NCBI GenBank assembly: GCA_951406725.2
Contig: OX597821.1
Location: forward strand, 97,154,001-97,218,000
DNA: 64,000 nucleotides
Reading direction: 5' to 3'
From: Octopus vulgaris
Lineage: Eukaryota
Under the pieces are notes generated by a model that saw nothing but the letters and a program-made list of their open reading frames with translations, searched no databases and had not been told where the DNA came from. Below are positions 25,158-38,583 of the stretch, in pieces (positions within the stretch are counted from its first letter, which is position 1; the number at the start of each line of letters is the position of its first letter). Position numbers and translations under genes: made by a program.

Positions 25158-27470
25158 TTATAGACGTCGCTCAGTATACAATATTGTGAGGTTGTTGATT
25201 GAAGATATTGTGTCCACCAAGGGTCTGTACTGTTTGTCAAGTCGCAACAAGGACCTCAGACAAACAGTACTTTACGCAATATGCGTGCAGTTCCAAGTGA
25301 TGCCGACTTTTGCAATACAACTAAATTGTAGGGTATTGCCAAGGTTTTCAGACGTTTTTTTTTTTTTCAGATTAGGTGGTATTGAACCCAATGCACCAAT
25401 GACAATAGGGATAACCTTTATGTTCGACTCTTAATTCTCAGGTCTCCCTATTTATCAACTTCTTCTCTTTCCTTCATGATGATATGTTGATCTCCTGGCA
25501 CTGCTACGTCGATTATTAGGCACTCTTGTTTGTCCCTCCTAAAGGTTACTATGTCCGGCTTTCGGTACTCTATCACTTTGTCGGTCTGGAAATCAAAGTC
25601 CCAGAGGATTTTTGCCTTCTAAGATCACTGTATTGATGAGTAGCTGATCTTTACAATAATAGGACCCACGTTTACATCCTTTTTGCTCATTAGGGAATGT
25701 CTCTTTTTATTAAAAAAAAAACTATAGGTATTTTCAGTGAAGACAGATGTTAGTATTTTATACATTGCTGTAAAGCAGGTTATGGATCTATAGTTTTTGG
25801 TTCATTTGTTTCTTCAATTTTTGAAAGTAGGAACGTTACACCATTAACTAGCCAAGAGTGAATAGGTTGTTGCAAAACATTGTTGTAAAGTTTTGTTAGC
25901 AGTTCCGGGAAGCTATTCAACTAAAAGTTAGGAATTTTATCCTTTCCTGGAGACTTCCATTTGCTTGACCTCCTGAGAGCAGATCTTATATCTTCTACCT
26001 TGACACCCTCCTGCTTTTGCTCTTCTAAGGAGTCTAAGTCAGTAGATATTTTATCAATCCAAGGGGCCTTTTTATTGTGTGTTTTTTCTTCTACCCAAAT
26101 TTTATTCCAAAATTCCTGCACTTTTTCTTTTGATGGGACAGACTTTACTGTAACTGTTTTTTCCGTCTTCCTGTAAAAAGTTTTGGCGTTATTTTTGAAG
26201 ATGTTGTCCTTGAAGAATCTAACGCGTCTTTCATACCTTGCTATGCTGGCAGCTTTAACACATGCCTTTTGCGTGATAGTCTCTACGGTGGTATCGATGT
26301 CAAGTATAGTTTTCATATTATATTTTTTTCTTTAATTTTCGGATTTTGTCAACCTTAAGTTTTTTTAAACACTCTATGTCAGACCTAAGTAGCTGAATTT
26401 GGTATTGAATACTCTCTTGCCAAGTAGGCTGTTTATGGGAATGTTGTTTTCACCGCATAGAATCGTTGAGATTTTCGCGGATGCATAGTACAGGTGGTTG
26501 AGATCTGCAATATCAACATCATTAACTGAAATTATATCCTTAAGTGTGAGGCGAATTTTATCAATTACTTTCAGGTTTTGGTTTAGAGTTGCGAACTTTT
26601 GGGAGTGTTACGTTCATTCATACTGGTTTCTTTAATTTTTAGCCTTTCAGTCATGATTTGATTTTTTATAACATCTAGTTCAGTTGGGTCAATTTCTGTG
26701 TGACTTTCTTCATCTATTTGATTTTCATCTGCCTTGGTGTTTATGGTTATGTCAGAGAGTATTTCACTTTGCTTATAAGTTACATTAACTCTTTCTATCA
26801 TTACTGCATTTTCATCAGACCTGGGCTGGTCTATAATTATTTCCTCTGTAGTATCTTCTTTAGCTGCACCTTTGTTCTCTTTATCCCTTAAGGATTGTTT
26901 AATTTGGTCAATCTCTAATTCAATTAGTAATTTCTTTTTCATGATGGTTCTTCTGACGTTGGTAAGTTTGTTACTCTCTATGTAGGGTCTTACTTCTAGG
27001 TGCTTCTGTTTCCAGTTTAGGTAGGTTTGTTTAGTATTAGATTTATTTGTGGGGAATTACATGGCATGATAGAAGGCCTTAAGAACTTCTTTATCATCTC
27101 CCCGTGACCATTTTTCATTATTTTTCTTTTGGTTATTTGATGAGGAGCGTGGATGGCCATCAGTTGTGGGATACTTCCAGCTCCTGTGTTTCGGAAAGAT
27201 TTGAACCAGTAGCTGATTTTTTGTTTCCAGTCTGGTTCCTCACTGGGGTATGCGACCCTTGTTTACCCAGGTGACGGCAGATTCAAGTTTATATTTTGCA
27301 TTGTGACCATTGAGGCATGACAAGCTTGGACATTGTCAATAGGAGACGGATCTGTCTGTTTAGGGTTAATTTTTTGAGACAACACCGCCCCCAAGTTCTC
27401 TGAATGAAAAATATTGCTCGTAACGTAGCTTTTTAAGGCTAACAGATCTATATCCGTCTTTATTTTGTTG
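25158..27470 (-). mobile_element. Internally deleted, decayed Dong/R4-clade LINE
   Basis: N-terminal KWSRGDDKEVLKAFY, RT start WKSPGKDKIPNF..KNYRSITCF..EQKGCKRGSYYCKDQLLI, then a jump to ILWDFDFQTDKVIEYRKPDIV..IIDVAVPGD; flanked by TAA tracts. Confidence 0.88.
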
Positions 27471-27476
27471 TGGTAT

Positions 27477-27531
<55 letters not shown>

Positions 27532-27600
27532 TTTTTTTATATAGTCAGCCCTTGTGGCCAATAAAAGACTTTATTATTAATATTATTATTATTATTTTAA

Positions 27601-27970
27601 AGGCGGCGAGTTGGCAGAATCGTTAGCACGCAGGGCGAAATGCTAAGCGGTATTTTGTCTGTCTTTACGTTCTGAGTTCAAATTCCGCCGAGGTTGACTT
27701 TGCCTTTTATCTTTTTGGGGTTGATAAATTAAGTACCAGCTGCGTACTGGAGTCGATCTAATCGACTGAGCCCCCTCCCCCAAAATTTCGGGTCTTGTGT
27801 CTAGAGTAGAAAAGATTATTATTATTATTGTCTTTGTTGTTGTTGTTGTTGTTGTTGTTGTTATTTTTAAAGGTGGCGAGTTGACTGAATCGTTAGCGTG
27901 TCGAGCAAAATACTTGGCGGCATTTCGCCCGTTTTCATGTTCTGAGTTCAAATTTTGTCGAGGTCGATTT
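27601..27970 (+). mobile_element. Two older SINE A-related copies in tandem
   Basis: Heads GGCGGCGAGTTGGCAGAATCGTTAG (27602) and GGTGGCGAGTTGACTGAATCGTTAG (27872). Confidence 0.8.
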
Positions 27971-28398
27971 GTTATTGCTGTCATTTGGTTCCAGGTTAGT
28001 GTTGGGTTGATAGACCGTTGATGAAAGACAACCTTGCCTTGACCATCCCATCGTTCGATAGCAAACCTACTTTATGCAGTCTACGTTTTTTGCTATAAGG
28101 ATGTAACTTGATGTAATCTTGCAGGCTGATCGACTGCGTACATGTTCACTCATTGGCTCAATGTTAGTGTGGTAGAACAGAGGTAGAAATTCGATGAAAT
28201 GTTATCGATAGTTCGATTTTAAACACTACTAGGGCCGATAAAGCACCTACAATTCATGTACAGGGGTCAATCAATAATTTTAGACATTCTTTGAAATCGA
28301 CGACCTTATATCAGTATAAGGAATCAATATTCAATCTGTTTCAGTTGGCAGAAACTGAAGAGCATAGGGCAAAATGCATAGCTTTATTTTATTTATTA

Positions 28399-28795
28399 CT
28401 AGCAGTATCGCCCGGCGTTGCTCGGGTTTGTAAGGGAAATAACTATATAAGCATTTTTAGAGAGTTATAGCCAAAAAATAGCAAAAAAATGCATTAGAAA
28501 GGGAAAATAAATGATGGTAAATTTTTTTTAAATCGTTGACTCATCGTAGACATTTTTAGAGAGTTACTTCCCTTATATAATAGCCAAAAAATGCATTAAA
28601 ATGGGAAAAAATGATGGTAATTTTTTTTTTAAATCGTAGACTCATCGTAGACGCGCGCTAATACCCAGAAGGGCTCGATATGAATCACGACTATAAGATA
28701 CCCGGTTTTGGTTAAACTGCACCGCAAAATGTGGGAGTAGTTAGGAATCTAAATCGTAGGAGACAGACACACAACTTCACTTTTATATATAAAGA
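28399..28795 (-). mobile_element. Non-autonomous Helitron
   Basis: Minus strand A|TC..CCCGAGCAACGCCGGG hairpin..CTAG|T, no target-site duplication; close copy at 51297-51693. Confidence 0.88.
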
Positions 28796-29176
28796 TAAAT
28801 CTCTCTACTTGTAACGATTGAATCCCACCTTCGTCTACTTTCTGTTTCGTGTAACTAATGATACTTCTGTTATTCATTGGAATTACGTTTAATGACATGA
28901 AAGAAAAGAAAAGTTTAACGTTTCAGATATTTGTCATTCTTCGGAAACAGGGAGGAAAACGTAGAGGTCTTAATACCAAGTTTCAACATCGGGAATACTG
29001 TTGCATCCCATGGACTTTTACATTTTAACAATAGTCGTATCACTTTGTGCTTTAGATCATTTTAACCATCGGGCAGATATGCTGTAATATTACATTCAAG
29101 TTATAGCAATCATAACACCGAGTGGGGTTGGTTGCGATCAGTTAAATCGAGTATGTTTTCTTTCGATAGGTACACA

Positions 29177-29233
<57 letters not shown>

Positions 29234-29496
29234 TAACTTTGGCCTAGTGCTAGTGGAAAGTAAGATCGATATATCTAACAAGTATGCAAGCTTCTTCTAT
29301 TGGATCAGTTAGCTACTGAGCTTGTAACCACATCTACACGTCATGTAACTAACGAAAAAATCCTACTTCTCACGCAACAGAGTGTCAAATAGCAAATTGG
29401 ACTAATCCTCGCCAATGTTTTCTCTGTGTGTCTATACATACATACATATATATGCTTATGGATACACACACGCATATATATACACAGTGTATATAC

Positions 29497-29533
<37 letters not shown>

Positions 29534-29841
29534 TTGGCAATAGACCCAGTTCATGTCAGACCAAGTAAAACGGCAGAAAATATCTTGAATATCAGCATTC
29601 ACTTGGCAAGCATGTTTCTCTCTCCGTCTCTCTCTCCCCCCTCTCTCTCTCCCTCTCTTCTTTCTCTCTCTCTCTCTCTTCTGTCTCTCTCTCTCTTCTG
29701 TCTCTCTCTCTCTCTCCACCTCCTCTCATTCGGTTCTCATTCATTTCTTTCCTATCTCTTGCCCATCTATTACTCAATCTATTCTAATCACACTTTTATT
29801 TCATGCTCATCTCCCCCCTCTCTCTCTCCTTCCTTCTCTCT

Positions 29842-29878
<37 letters not shown>

Positions 29879-29983
29879 ATTTCTCTTCCTCTCTCACCTC
29901 ATGTTCAGATATATATATCATCTATTTCTCGTTTTTCTTCCGCTCTTCCTTTCTCTCTCACCCCCTATCTCTTCCTTGTTCTG

Positions 29984-30047
<64 letters not shown>

Positions 30048-30440
30048 CCTACCTAGTCTCCCTGTCACCCACATTATGCTCTTAACACTTTAAAATACAA
30101 AATACAGAAGAGGCATCTAAACTACTTACGTCAAAAAGAAAAGGGAGGAAGCCAGAAGGAGGAGAACTATTAACAAACAGATGTACAACTGTCTTATCAA
30201 TTTCTAATACAAAAAGTTACAACAGCTGGAAAACCTCCTCGACCTATACACACACACACGCGCGCACACACCCATACAACCACACGCACACACCCATACA
30301 CACACACACACGCACACACCCATACATACATACATACACACGCACATGTTAGTATATGTATGTATTGGTGTATGAATATGTTACATATCATTTCTACTAA
30401 TGGGTACTAGGCCTGAAATTTTGTGGGAGGGGACTAGTCG

Positions 30441-31240
30441 ATGCTCACAGCAGCCATATTCCTATTTCTTTATTACCCACAAGGGGCCAAACACAGAGGG
30501 GACAAACAAGGACAGACATAGGTATTAAGTCGATTACATCGACCCCAGTGCGTAACTGGTACTTAATTTATCGACCCCGAAAAGATGAAAGGCAAAGTCG
30601 ACCTCGGCAGAATTTGAACTCACAACGTAACGCAGACGAAATACAATACGCTAAGCATTTCGCCCGGCGTGCTAACGTTTCTGCCAGCTCGCAGCCGTAT
30701 TCCTACCGCTCTACGTTACGCTGTTGAGACCCATATTGGAGCACGGGATTCAAGCCTCTTCTCCTTATCTCCTCAAAGACATACATCATCTCGAAAGAGT
30801 CCAGAAGCTGGCTACCCGCATGGTTCTTGGTCTCAAGCATTTGTCTTATGAAGAAAGGCTGAAGACGCTCGACCTTTATTCTCTAGAAAAACGACGACGC
30901 CGTGGTGATCTCATTCTTGCTCACAACATCATAAGCGGAAAGTGTAACCTCTCGAAAGAGCTGTTCTTCACTCCTGCTCCAGAGCATCGGCTGCGAGGTC
31001 ACTCCGAAAAGCTCTATCTGCGACGATTTCATCTCAATCGAAGGAGAAGGGCTTTCTCCGTCCGGGTTGCGGATCCGTGGAATAAGCTGCCGGACGAGAT
31101 AGTGAAGATGTCGACGACCGCTTGGTTCAAAGTCTCTCTTGACCAGAAATGGCCTGAACTCTTTGCATGAACACCCTCCCTATACCTAGCTTTTTGCTTT
31201 TTGAGCCAAATTAACTTAACTTAACTTAACTTAACTTAAC
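30441..31240 (+). mobile_element. 5'-truncated CR1-clade LINE (RT C-terminus, 3' UTR, (TTAAC)n tail), interrupted by a SINE
   Basis: LTAAIFL|PLYVTLLRPILEHG..SPYLLKDIHHLERVQKLATRMV..LSYEERLKTLDLYSLEKRRRRGDLI..RGHSEKL..FSVRVADPWNKLP. Confidence 0.92.
30461..30692 (-). mobile_element. SINE family A inserted in the CR1 copy
   Basis: Flanked by GCAGCCATATTCCTA (30450) and GCAGCCGTATTCCTA (30691). Confidence 0.9.
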
Positions 31241-31947
31241 ATCAACCCCAATGCTCAATTTGTACTTATTTCATCGACTTCGAAAAGATGAAAGGTAAAG
31301 TCGATCTTGACAGAATCTGAACTCAGAACATAAAACCGGACAAAATGCCGTTAAGCATTTTATCCGGCGTGCTAATGATTCTGCCAGTTCGCCACCTTGT
31401 ATGTATTATATGTGGGTGCTCATTTATGTATGTATGTGTTATTATGTGGTGTTTTTCCTCAGTTATAATGTGTGGCTACTGTTTTGACTAGCTGTTGTAT
31501 CTACTCTAGTAGCCACGATATTTTCTTGTTGTCGGATACAATGTGTCTCTTCTATACCAGAATGGTAATACACTGCTTCGTCTATCGTGCTATCGCTGAC
31601 ACCGAATTCGAACCGTCTACCTTGACTGTGACTCGAACTCGACTAACACGTTACTAACACGTTACTAACACTTAACTCCTACTGAGAACTCGTACAACGA
31701 CTGACACACGACTCTTTTTCTTTATTAGGAACTCAGGCCTTAATATAGAGGGGACAGCACAAAGACAGACAGAACACCACAGTGGGGACAAAAAACATAA
31801 AACGAATGAAAAAATGAAGATGTATATAAAAAAGATAAATTAATGATGATGAAATGGCTGCATTGAGCTCCACTCTCAAGCAATACCATTTAACAGTTAA
31901 ATTATACGATTAAATAAATCGTTCTTACACTTTTTCTTTTTTCTTTT

Positions 31948-32193
31948 TTAAGCATTCATTAGTGGCTTTAAATCTTCGAAGTCGACGAGTGGTTGTAGTT
32001 CGTCGAACTCGACTTCAACATCCAACAGGTCCCAGCTGCTTCCAAACAGTTCTCTCAATTTCTCAAATCTCTCTCCATCTATGATTATTCCTTTAGATCC
32101 TTTCGAGTATTTTTCTGGAGGCAGCCTTACTCTTGTTATTGGTTTACACTTTATAATCCTTCTGTCCATTGGTGTACCTTTGGTATACGTGGA
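31948..32193 (-). CDS. Orphan ORF C-terminus truncated by the mariner insertion; product unknown
   Basis: Open frame STYTKGTPMDRRIIKCKPITRVRLPPEKYSKG..FEDLKPLMNA* runs right up to the mariner TA; non-repetitive, protein-like composition. Confidence 0.4.
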   Translation of the reverse strand, partial: STYTKGTPMDRRIIKCKPITRVRLPPEKYSKGSKGIIIDGERFEKLRELFGSSWDLLDVEVEFDELQPLVDFEDLKPLMNA

Positions 32194-33300
32194 TACGAGG
32201 GACGTTCAATAAGTAATGGCCCTGACCCACTTGCATTTATTTGATCTAACTGAAATTGTGCATGTGCAATTATTTATATCTCTATAAATTAAGTGGAAAA
32301 TTGCAGCTCTGAACTAATTGTGGTTTCTGATTTACAGGTGTTTGAACTGAGTCAAGTGTGAAATGGAGCCTGTCGAGTGTCGAGCATTGATTCGGTTTTT
32401 GTATTTGAAAGGACGCACACCACGGGATACTTTTGATGAAATGAAAGTAACTTATGGTGATGATGCCCCATCATATGACCTTGTAAAACGCTGGCATCGT
32501 GAATTCAAACATGGTCGGAACTCTGTGGAAACAGCTCCCAGATCTGGTCGCCCCACTTGTACCATTGATGAGGCATCTGTCCGTCAAGTTGAGGCTGCCA
32601 TTTTAGAAGATCGACGCATAACTATTCGCCAAATAGCCCATGAGGTCAAGATTAGTACCGGGTCATTGGAAACTATCATTCATGACTATTTGCATATGCA
32701 AAAGGTGTCTACCAGATGGATTCCCAGGTTGCTCACACCTTTCCAGAAGCAAGAACGCGTCGAGTGCTCGAGGATGAATTTGGAGATGTGCCAAGAAGAT
32801 GAGTCAAAATTTTTCAAAAGATTGATTACACAGGATGAAACCTGGGTCCATCACTATGATCCAGAGACCAAAGCCCAGTCAATGCAGTGGAAGCACCGTG
32901 ACTCACCTCCTCCAAAGAAGGCAAGGGTGCAGCCCTCCGCTGGCAAGGTCATGCTCACAGTCTTCTGGGACCAGGACGGGGTAGTGATGACGGATTTCCT
33001 GGCAAAGGGTACCACAATTACAGGAGCCTATTATGCTTCACTTTTGAGGAAATTAAGAGAAGCTATCAAAATCAAGAGGCGGGGCAAGATCAGCAAAGGC
33101 ATCCTCCTCCTGTAGGACAACGCTCCGGTCCACAACTCGCGTGTCGCCAGATCAGAAGCACAGGCGTGCGGCTATGAACTCCCCCCTCATCCCATCCCTC
33201 TACTCTCCTGACCTTGCACCCTCTGATTTTCATCTCTTCCCAGCCATGAAGTTGTTTTTGAAAGGAAAGCGTTTCCCAGATGATGCAGCCTTGACTTATG
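32194..33300 (+). mobile_element. Mariner (DD34D-type) transposon, pseudogenised and lacking its 3' end
   Basis: TA then TIR-like CGAGGGACGTTCAATAAGTAATG; ORF 32363-33115 with HTH region, WIPRLL and ITQDETW; nonsense codon in LLL*DNAPVH; frameshift before YSPDLAPSDFHLF; no right TIR seen. Confidence 0.95.
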
Positions 33301-33349
33301 TGTCATACCACTTGTCCCGTGGGAGGGGTGTACCATTTCCAATACAACA

Positions 33350-33629
33350 GTATGTATGTATGAATGTATGTATGTATGTATGTATGTATGAATGTATGTA
33401 TGTATGTATGTATGCATGTATGTATGTATGTATGTATGTATGTATGAATGTATGTATGTGTGTATGTATGTATGTATGCATGTATGTATGTATGTATGCA
33501 TGTGCGTGTGTATATAAGATGTATATAAATACAAATAGGCATATATATATATATACATATATATATGTATGTATATATATATACATATATACACACACAC
33601 ATACATATATGCATGTGTAAGTCTGTATG

Positions 33630-33714
<85 letters not shown>

Positions 33715-33720
33715 GTGTGC
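33350..33720. repeat. (TATG)n/(TA)n/(TG)n compound microsatellite
   Basis: Direct reading. Confidence 0.97.
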
Positions 33721-36179
33721 TTTGCGTATAAAGTAAAAATAAGCTAAGTAACTCAGTGGGGCAGAGTGCCATGAATTTGAATAAGAAACGACGGTGGGGT
33801 ATTACTGAAAGCTGTACAAAATAAATTCTTAATTTATTAATGTTTCGTTTGCTGAAAGTGAAAGTAAACTAAAGTCTTGCGTTGATTGTTAGCGACTTCG
33901 AAAGAGAAAAGCTTATGATTTCACGAAATTACGAATACTCGTAAATATAACAAATGTGAACATCTTAAATACTTAAGAAAAAGCAATTGATGTTTGCTCG
34001 TTGATTGAAGTATGGGACAGCTATGCACATATTTTGCTGCACCCAAAAGCATCATCGACATGACATATTCTCGCTTCTGAACAAATATCGACAAATATAT
34101 AATTTATGGTGGGTTCCAGAGGATTATTAGAGATTTATGCAGTTTTTGGTAAAGGTTTGCGGAAGACGATAATTTGTAATTGTTTGCAGTACGAAAACAA
34201 TTCAGTTTTTTCTGTAAAGGAAAGTAGTAGTCTGTTGGGATATATATATAGGATAAAAACTTGAGATAATGATAGCAGCTAGTGGTTTAAAGTTACCCTG
34301 TAGGGAGCTCTGCTTGAATAGTAATATATTCACAGGAAATTTAGCCACCCTTCAGTTTTAATTAGATATTTATTAGTCGGCAACAAAAGAAGAATTTGTA
34401 ATCCATACTCAGACTATTATCATCTCGATGACTAATCAGATTTCTTAGTTAAAGGATACACCTGGTTGTTACAATGTATGCAATTTCTCCCTGAGACAAA
34501 GGCGACAGCTGTGCGTCTCGGGAGGATAGAGGAGGATGCTTCGTCGCGATAGTTTCTGGTTAAAACAAGCAGCGTGTGTTTCATGTAGCTATGTTATAAG
34601 AGTTGAACACAGAGTAGTTTTGATTTAGCCCTTTTTTTCCGTTTGTACATTTATCTGTAATTGTTTTTTATACCTTGCTAAGCCGCAATTTATAAATAAA
34701 GAACAAACAATTCAAAATGGAGTAGCAACCTCTTCTTTATTCGCTAAAAAAAAACAAAAAAAAACACTTCTATACTCGCAACCGTTTCTATATTCAAATA
34801 CCATCAAAGAAGCTTTGCATGACATACCTTATTAAGAAAACGGAAAATGTGATTAGACGGTTGCGCTTGAAGGCTTACTTCTTCGAAAAATCTAAACGCT
34901 CCTCCTAGAAAAAGGAACTTGAAAACTTTGAAGCAGACTTGATCGGCATGATTAAAAATATTTTGGCACCGCTTCAACTCTTTTCTATGCATTTTGAACA
35001 AGTGTATGATACCTTTAAGCAATAACCTAAAGTACATATCCTCGCTGATAAATCTAAAAGCAAAACATAAAACAAACACCCCTACACAAACCAGACTCTT
35101 ATCTAACAGCATCACCAATAAATACCTGTAAACTAACATCACAACACGCAATGAAATAAATACGGAAGCGAAGAACTTAACCACTTTGTGGAAGACAGAT
35201 GGATCACTTCGCCATGCAGCCCTTTAAGTGACCCTTAAAAACCCTAAATCTTTTTTTTTTTTCTAACTCTAAATGAAAGATAATCAACCCACCCTTTTTA
35301 TAGTGAGACAGGTGTAGTAATCAAGTGTATCCGCGACAGCGTGAATTCTGATATGAAAAGGGCCACTGGATTAGTCTAATGGTACTGTAACGATGTCGTT
35401 ATCCTCTGGTCACGTGATATTAAGAAGGAAAGCTGTCTATGTATTTATCCAGTTCAATATCCCTCCTTCTAAAGCTCTGGACTTCTGAAAGCAATATGTT
35501 AAAACTAGCAACATCGACTTTAGATTCCTTATGGATTCTATGAAGTTATTTTCGTATAATTATAGCTCCTGCTGAGTCAGAAAGGAAAGTCTTTGTGGGA
35601 CGTTGCAATGGGCTGAGACAGCAGACCCTGTTGTATTATTTATCCTGGGAAACTTACATTCCCCCATAATTCAACTTTGTATAGAGATTATAGCTTGGTA
35701 ATTTCGAGCAATATGAATAGCCACACCTTCAGTATGTTTCCAAAAATCTTATTAAGAAATTTTTAGGAGTTCGGTTTAAATGATATCACCACAATCTAAC
35801 TAGATTCAGTACCATAGCAATTAATCTAGAACTCATGACAGTTAAATAGTATCCCTATAGAAAGTTTAAAGAGGAAATAATATATATTCATAGGAAATCT
35901 AACCATCCAATTAGATATTTTGTAGTCGGCATCAGTAGAAGAATTTGTAATCCATACTCAGGCTACTGTCATCTCGATGTAATCTACTAATCCCCCTTCA
36001 AAGTTTGGGGAGCAATATTTAACCTCGGAAAGAAGATACAGGTCTATATAAGCTGCAACCTCATCAGCATTATCGCTGACAGCGAACGATCAAACGGATC
36101 CCTTGATGACTTCTTTACCCAAACTGAGTTCTCGTTAAAGTTAACTTTTTCATCTGACAAGTCATAACCCACCTCCACA

Positions 36180-37729
36180 TCCTTAATATCAGGAAATGCA
36201 TTTTGACTAATTAATGGCTTTTGCTAACAAAGGTTGAGTAATGCATAATAGCTTTCAATATCAAACTTTAAAATATTGTCACCTTGTCATTAAGTAATTA
36301 GTTCAGTTGATAATGAATTAAGGATATCAATCGAAATAGTTAAGGGACTCGTATCTCTTTTTTTTTTTCTTGTATGATCTTATCGTGAAAGGCGTTTAAT
36401 ATTTTTGGACTCACGAGTTATACTGAAGGGTTATTGTAAAAATCAATATTAAGATCTGTATGAATAAATCTCGGAGGTTTTGGTTTCAATGGTTCTGTTC
36501 TGTCAATGACTCTGAGTTCAGACGTTATTGTTATTAATGTCAGTCTGAAATAGTCATAATACACCAGTAAATGGTGCTTTATGTCTTTCAAAATTCACGA
36601 ACTTGTCGACCTTTTCATTACCATTAGCCTTAAAATATGTATGTCATTTGGAGTGGAGGCACAATGGCCCAGTGGTTAGGGCAGCGGACTCGCGGTCGTA
36701 GGATCGCAGTTTCGATTCCCAAACCGGGCGTTGTGAGTGTTTATTGAGCAAAAACACCTAAAAGCTCCACGAGGCTCCGGCAGAGGATGATAGTGATCCC
36801 TGCTGTACTCTTTCACCACAACTTTCTCTCACTCTTACTTCCTGTTTCTGTTGTACCTGTATTTCAAAGGGCCGGCCTTGTCACTCTCTGTGTCACGCTG
36901 AATATCCCCGAGAACTGCGTTACGGGTACACGTGTCTGTGGAGTGCTCAGCCACTTACACGTTAATTTCACGAGCAAGCTGTTCCGTTGATCGAATCAAC
37001 CGTAACCCTCGTCGTCGTAACCGATGGAGTGCTTCCATATATTCCATGTCATTTGGATTCTAGCAACATAGTACCGGTTAACGTCCTTTAATTTTACAAC
37101 CGTATTTAAAGCTTGGGTATTCTAAGTTTGTCGCCGCCAATGCAACTCAATTTAAACCTCATTGAACTCTTAGGAAATTAGAAGCCTCTCACAATTAAGT
37201 GCTGAAACCTCTTTCTGAATGATTCCACATCTTCGATTAATGCACTGCCTGCTTAACCATGGCTTATTTTAGTGTCCATTCTGTGGTGATATCTATATTG
37301 CCAGATTCACCTGTCGTTAGCTTCGAAATTCTTGACACCCGTGTACCTGGATAACTTGGCAGCAACACTTAGAATTTTCACACTACGAATGTTATTACCA
37401 CAGAAACATTGATAGATAAACCACTTCGTCACTGTTTCCTCAAGATTCCAAAACTCTCATAGGATTCCTTGCATCAGCAACTGATTTTAGAATTCGTATC
37501 ATGCTTATATTTTGAAGCAGTACTTTGAATTTCCTTTACCACAGACATTGTTACTGCAGAAACGATGATGTAGGCAATGAGTTTGTCTCTAACCTCGCGT
37601 AAGTCTGACACTGTTTTTAACTTCTGTCACTAAAGCCTCGGCTCCTAACTTCTTTGTAAGTTCCTGTTTTTGTTTCACAGATATGCTTATAAATTTCTTC
37701 TTCGGATTATTGCTCACTCTTGGAGCCAT
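36180..37729 (-). pseudogene. Decayed Tigger/pogo transposase, split by SINE B
   Basis: MAPRVSNNPKKKFISISVKQKQELTKKL..LEETVTKWFIYQ..AAKL..NFEANDR*IWQYRYHH..HG*AGSALIEDVESFRKRF (HTH and CENP-B-like domains); ILKDIKHHLLVYY beyond the SINE. Confidence 0.75.
36653..37045 (+). mobile_element. SINE family B with 12-bp target-site duplication
   Basis: ATGTCATTTGGA at 36641 and 37046. Confidence 0.92.
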
Positions 37730-38139
37730 GATATAAAATACGATGTTATAAAGATACTAAATCACTGAAATATCAAGGGAAAGTGTGTGGCAACATGAGC
37801 TGTGTTGTATTGTGTATGCTACCGTATTCAATCATTAGTCATATATTAACTCAAGAATTAACAGACAAACTTTAGGCTACGTCGTCCTCGGAGACGACCA
37901 AAATGAACAATATTATTCTTTCTTTTCTTTCTTTTACTTGTTTCAGTCATTTGACTGCGGCCATGCTGGAGCACCGCCTTTAGACTTAAATGTCACATCT
38001 GACATAAGCATTGCGATTGACAAAGAGCGAATAGGCTATCAGATACACACACAGACACACACACACACGCACGCACGCACACACACACACACACACGCAG
38101 ACGTGCAGAGAGAAAGAGAGAGACACACACACACACACG

Positions 38140-38179
<40 letters not shown>

Positions 38180-38182
<3 letters not shown>

Positions 38183-38583
38183 TTACTCTTTTACTCTTTC
38201 ACTTGTTTCAGTCATTTGACTGCGGCCATGCTGGAACACCGCATTTAGTCGGGAAAATCGACCCCGGGACTTATTCTTTGTAAGCTCAGTACTTATTCTA
38301 TCGGTCTCTTTTGCCGAACCGCTAAGTGACGGGGACGTAAACACACCAACATCGGTTGTCAAGCAATGCTAGGGGGACAAACATAGACACACAAACACAC
38401 ACGCATACATATATATACATATATACGACAGGCTTCTTTCAGTTTCCGTCAACAAAGTCCACTCACAAGGCATTGGTCGACCCGGGGCTATAGCAGAAGA
38501 CACTTGCCCAAGATGCCACGCAGTGGGACTGAACCCGGAACTTTGTGGTTGGTTAGCAAGCTACTTACCACACAGCCACTCTC
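38180..38583 (-). mobile_element. SINE family C
   Basis: Matches 17379-17779; an extra tail fragment lies at 37930-37983. Confidence 0.9.
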
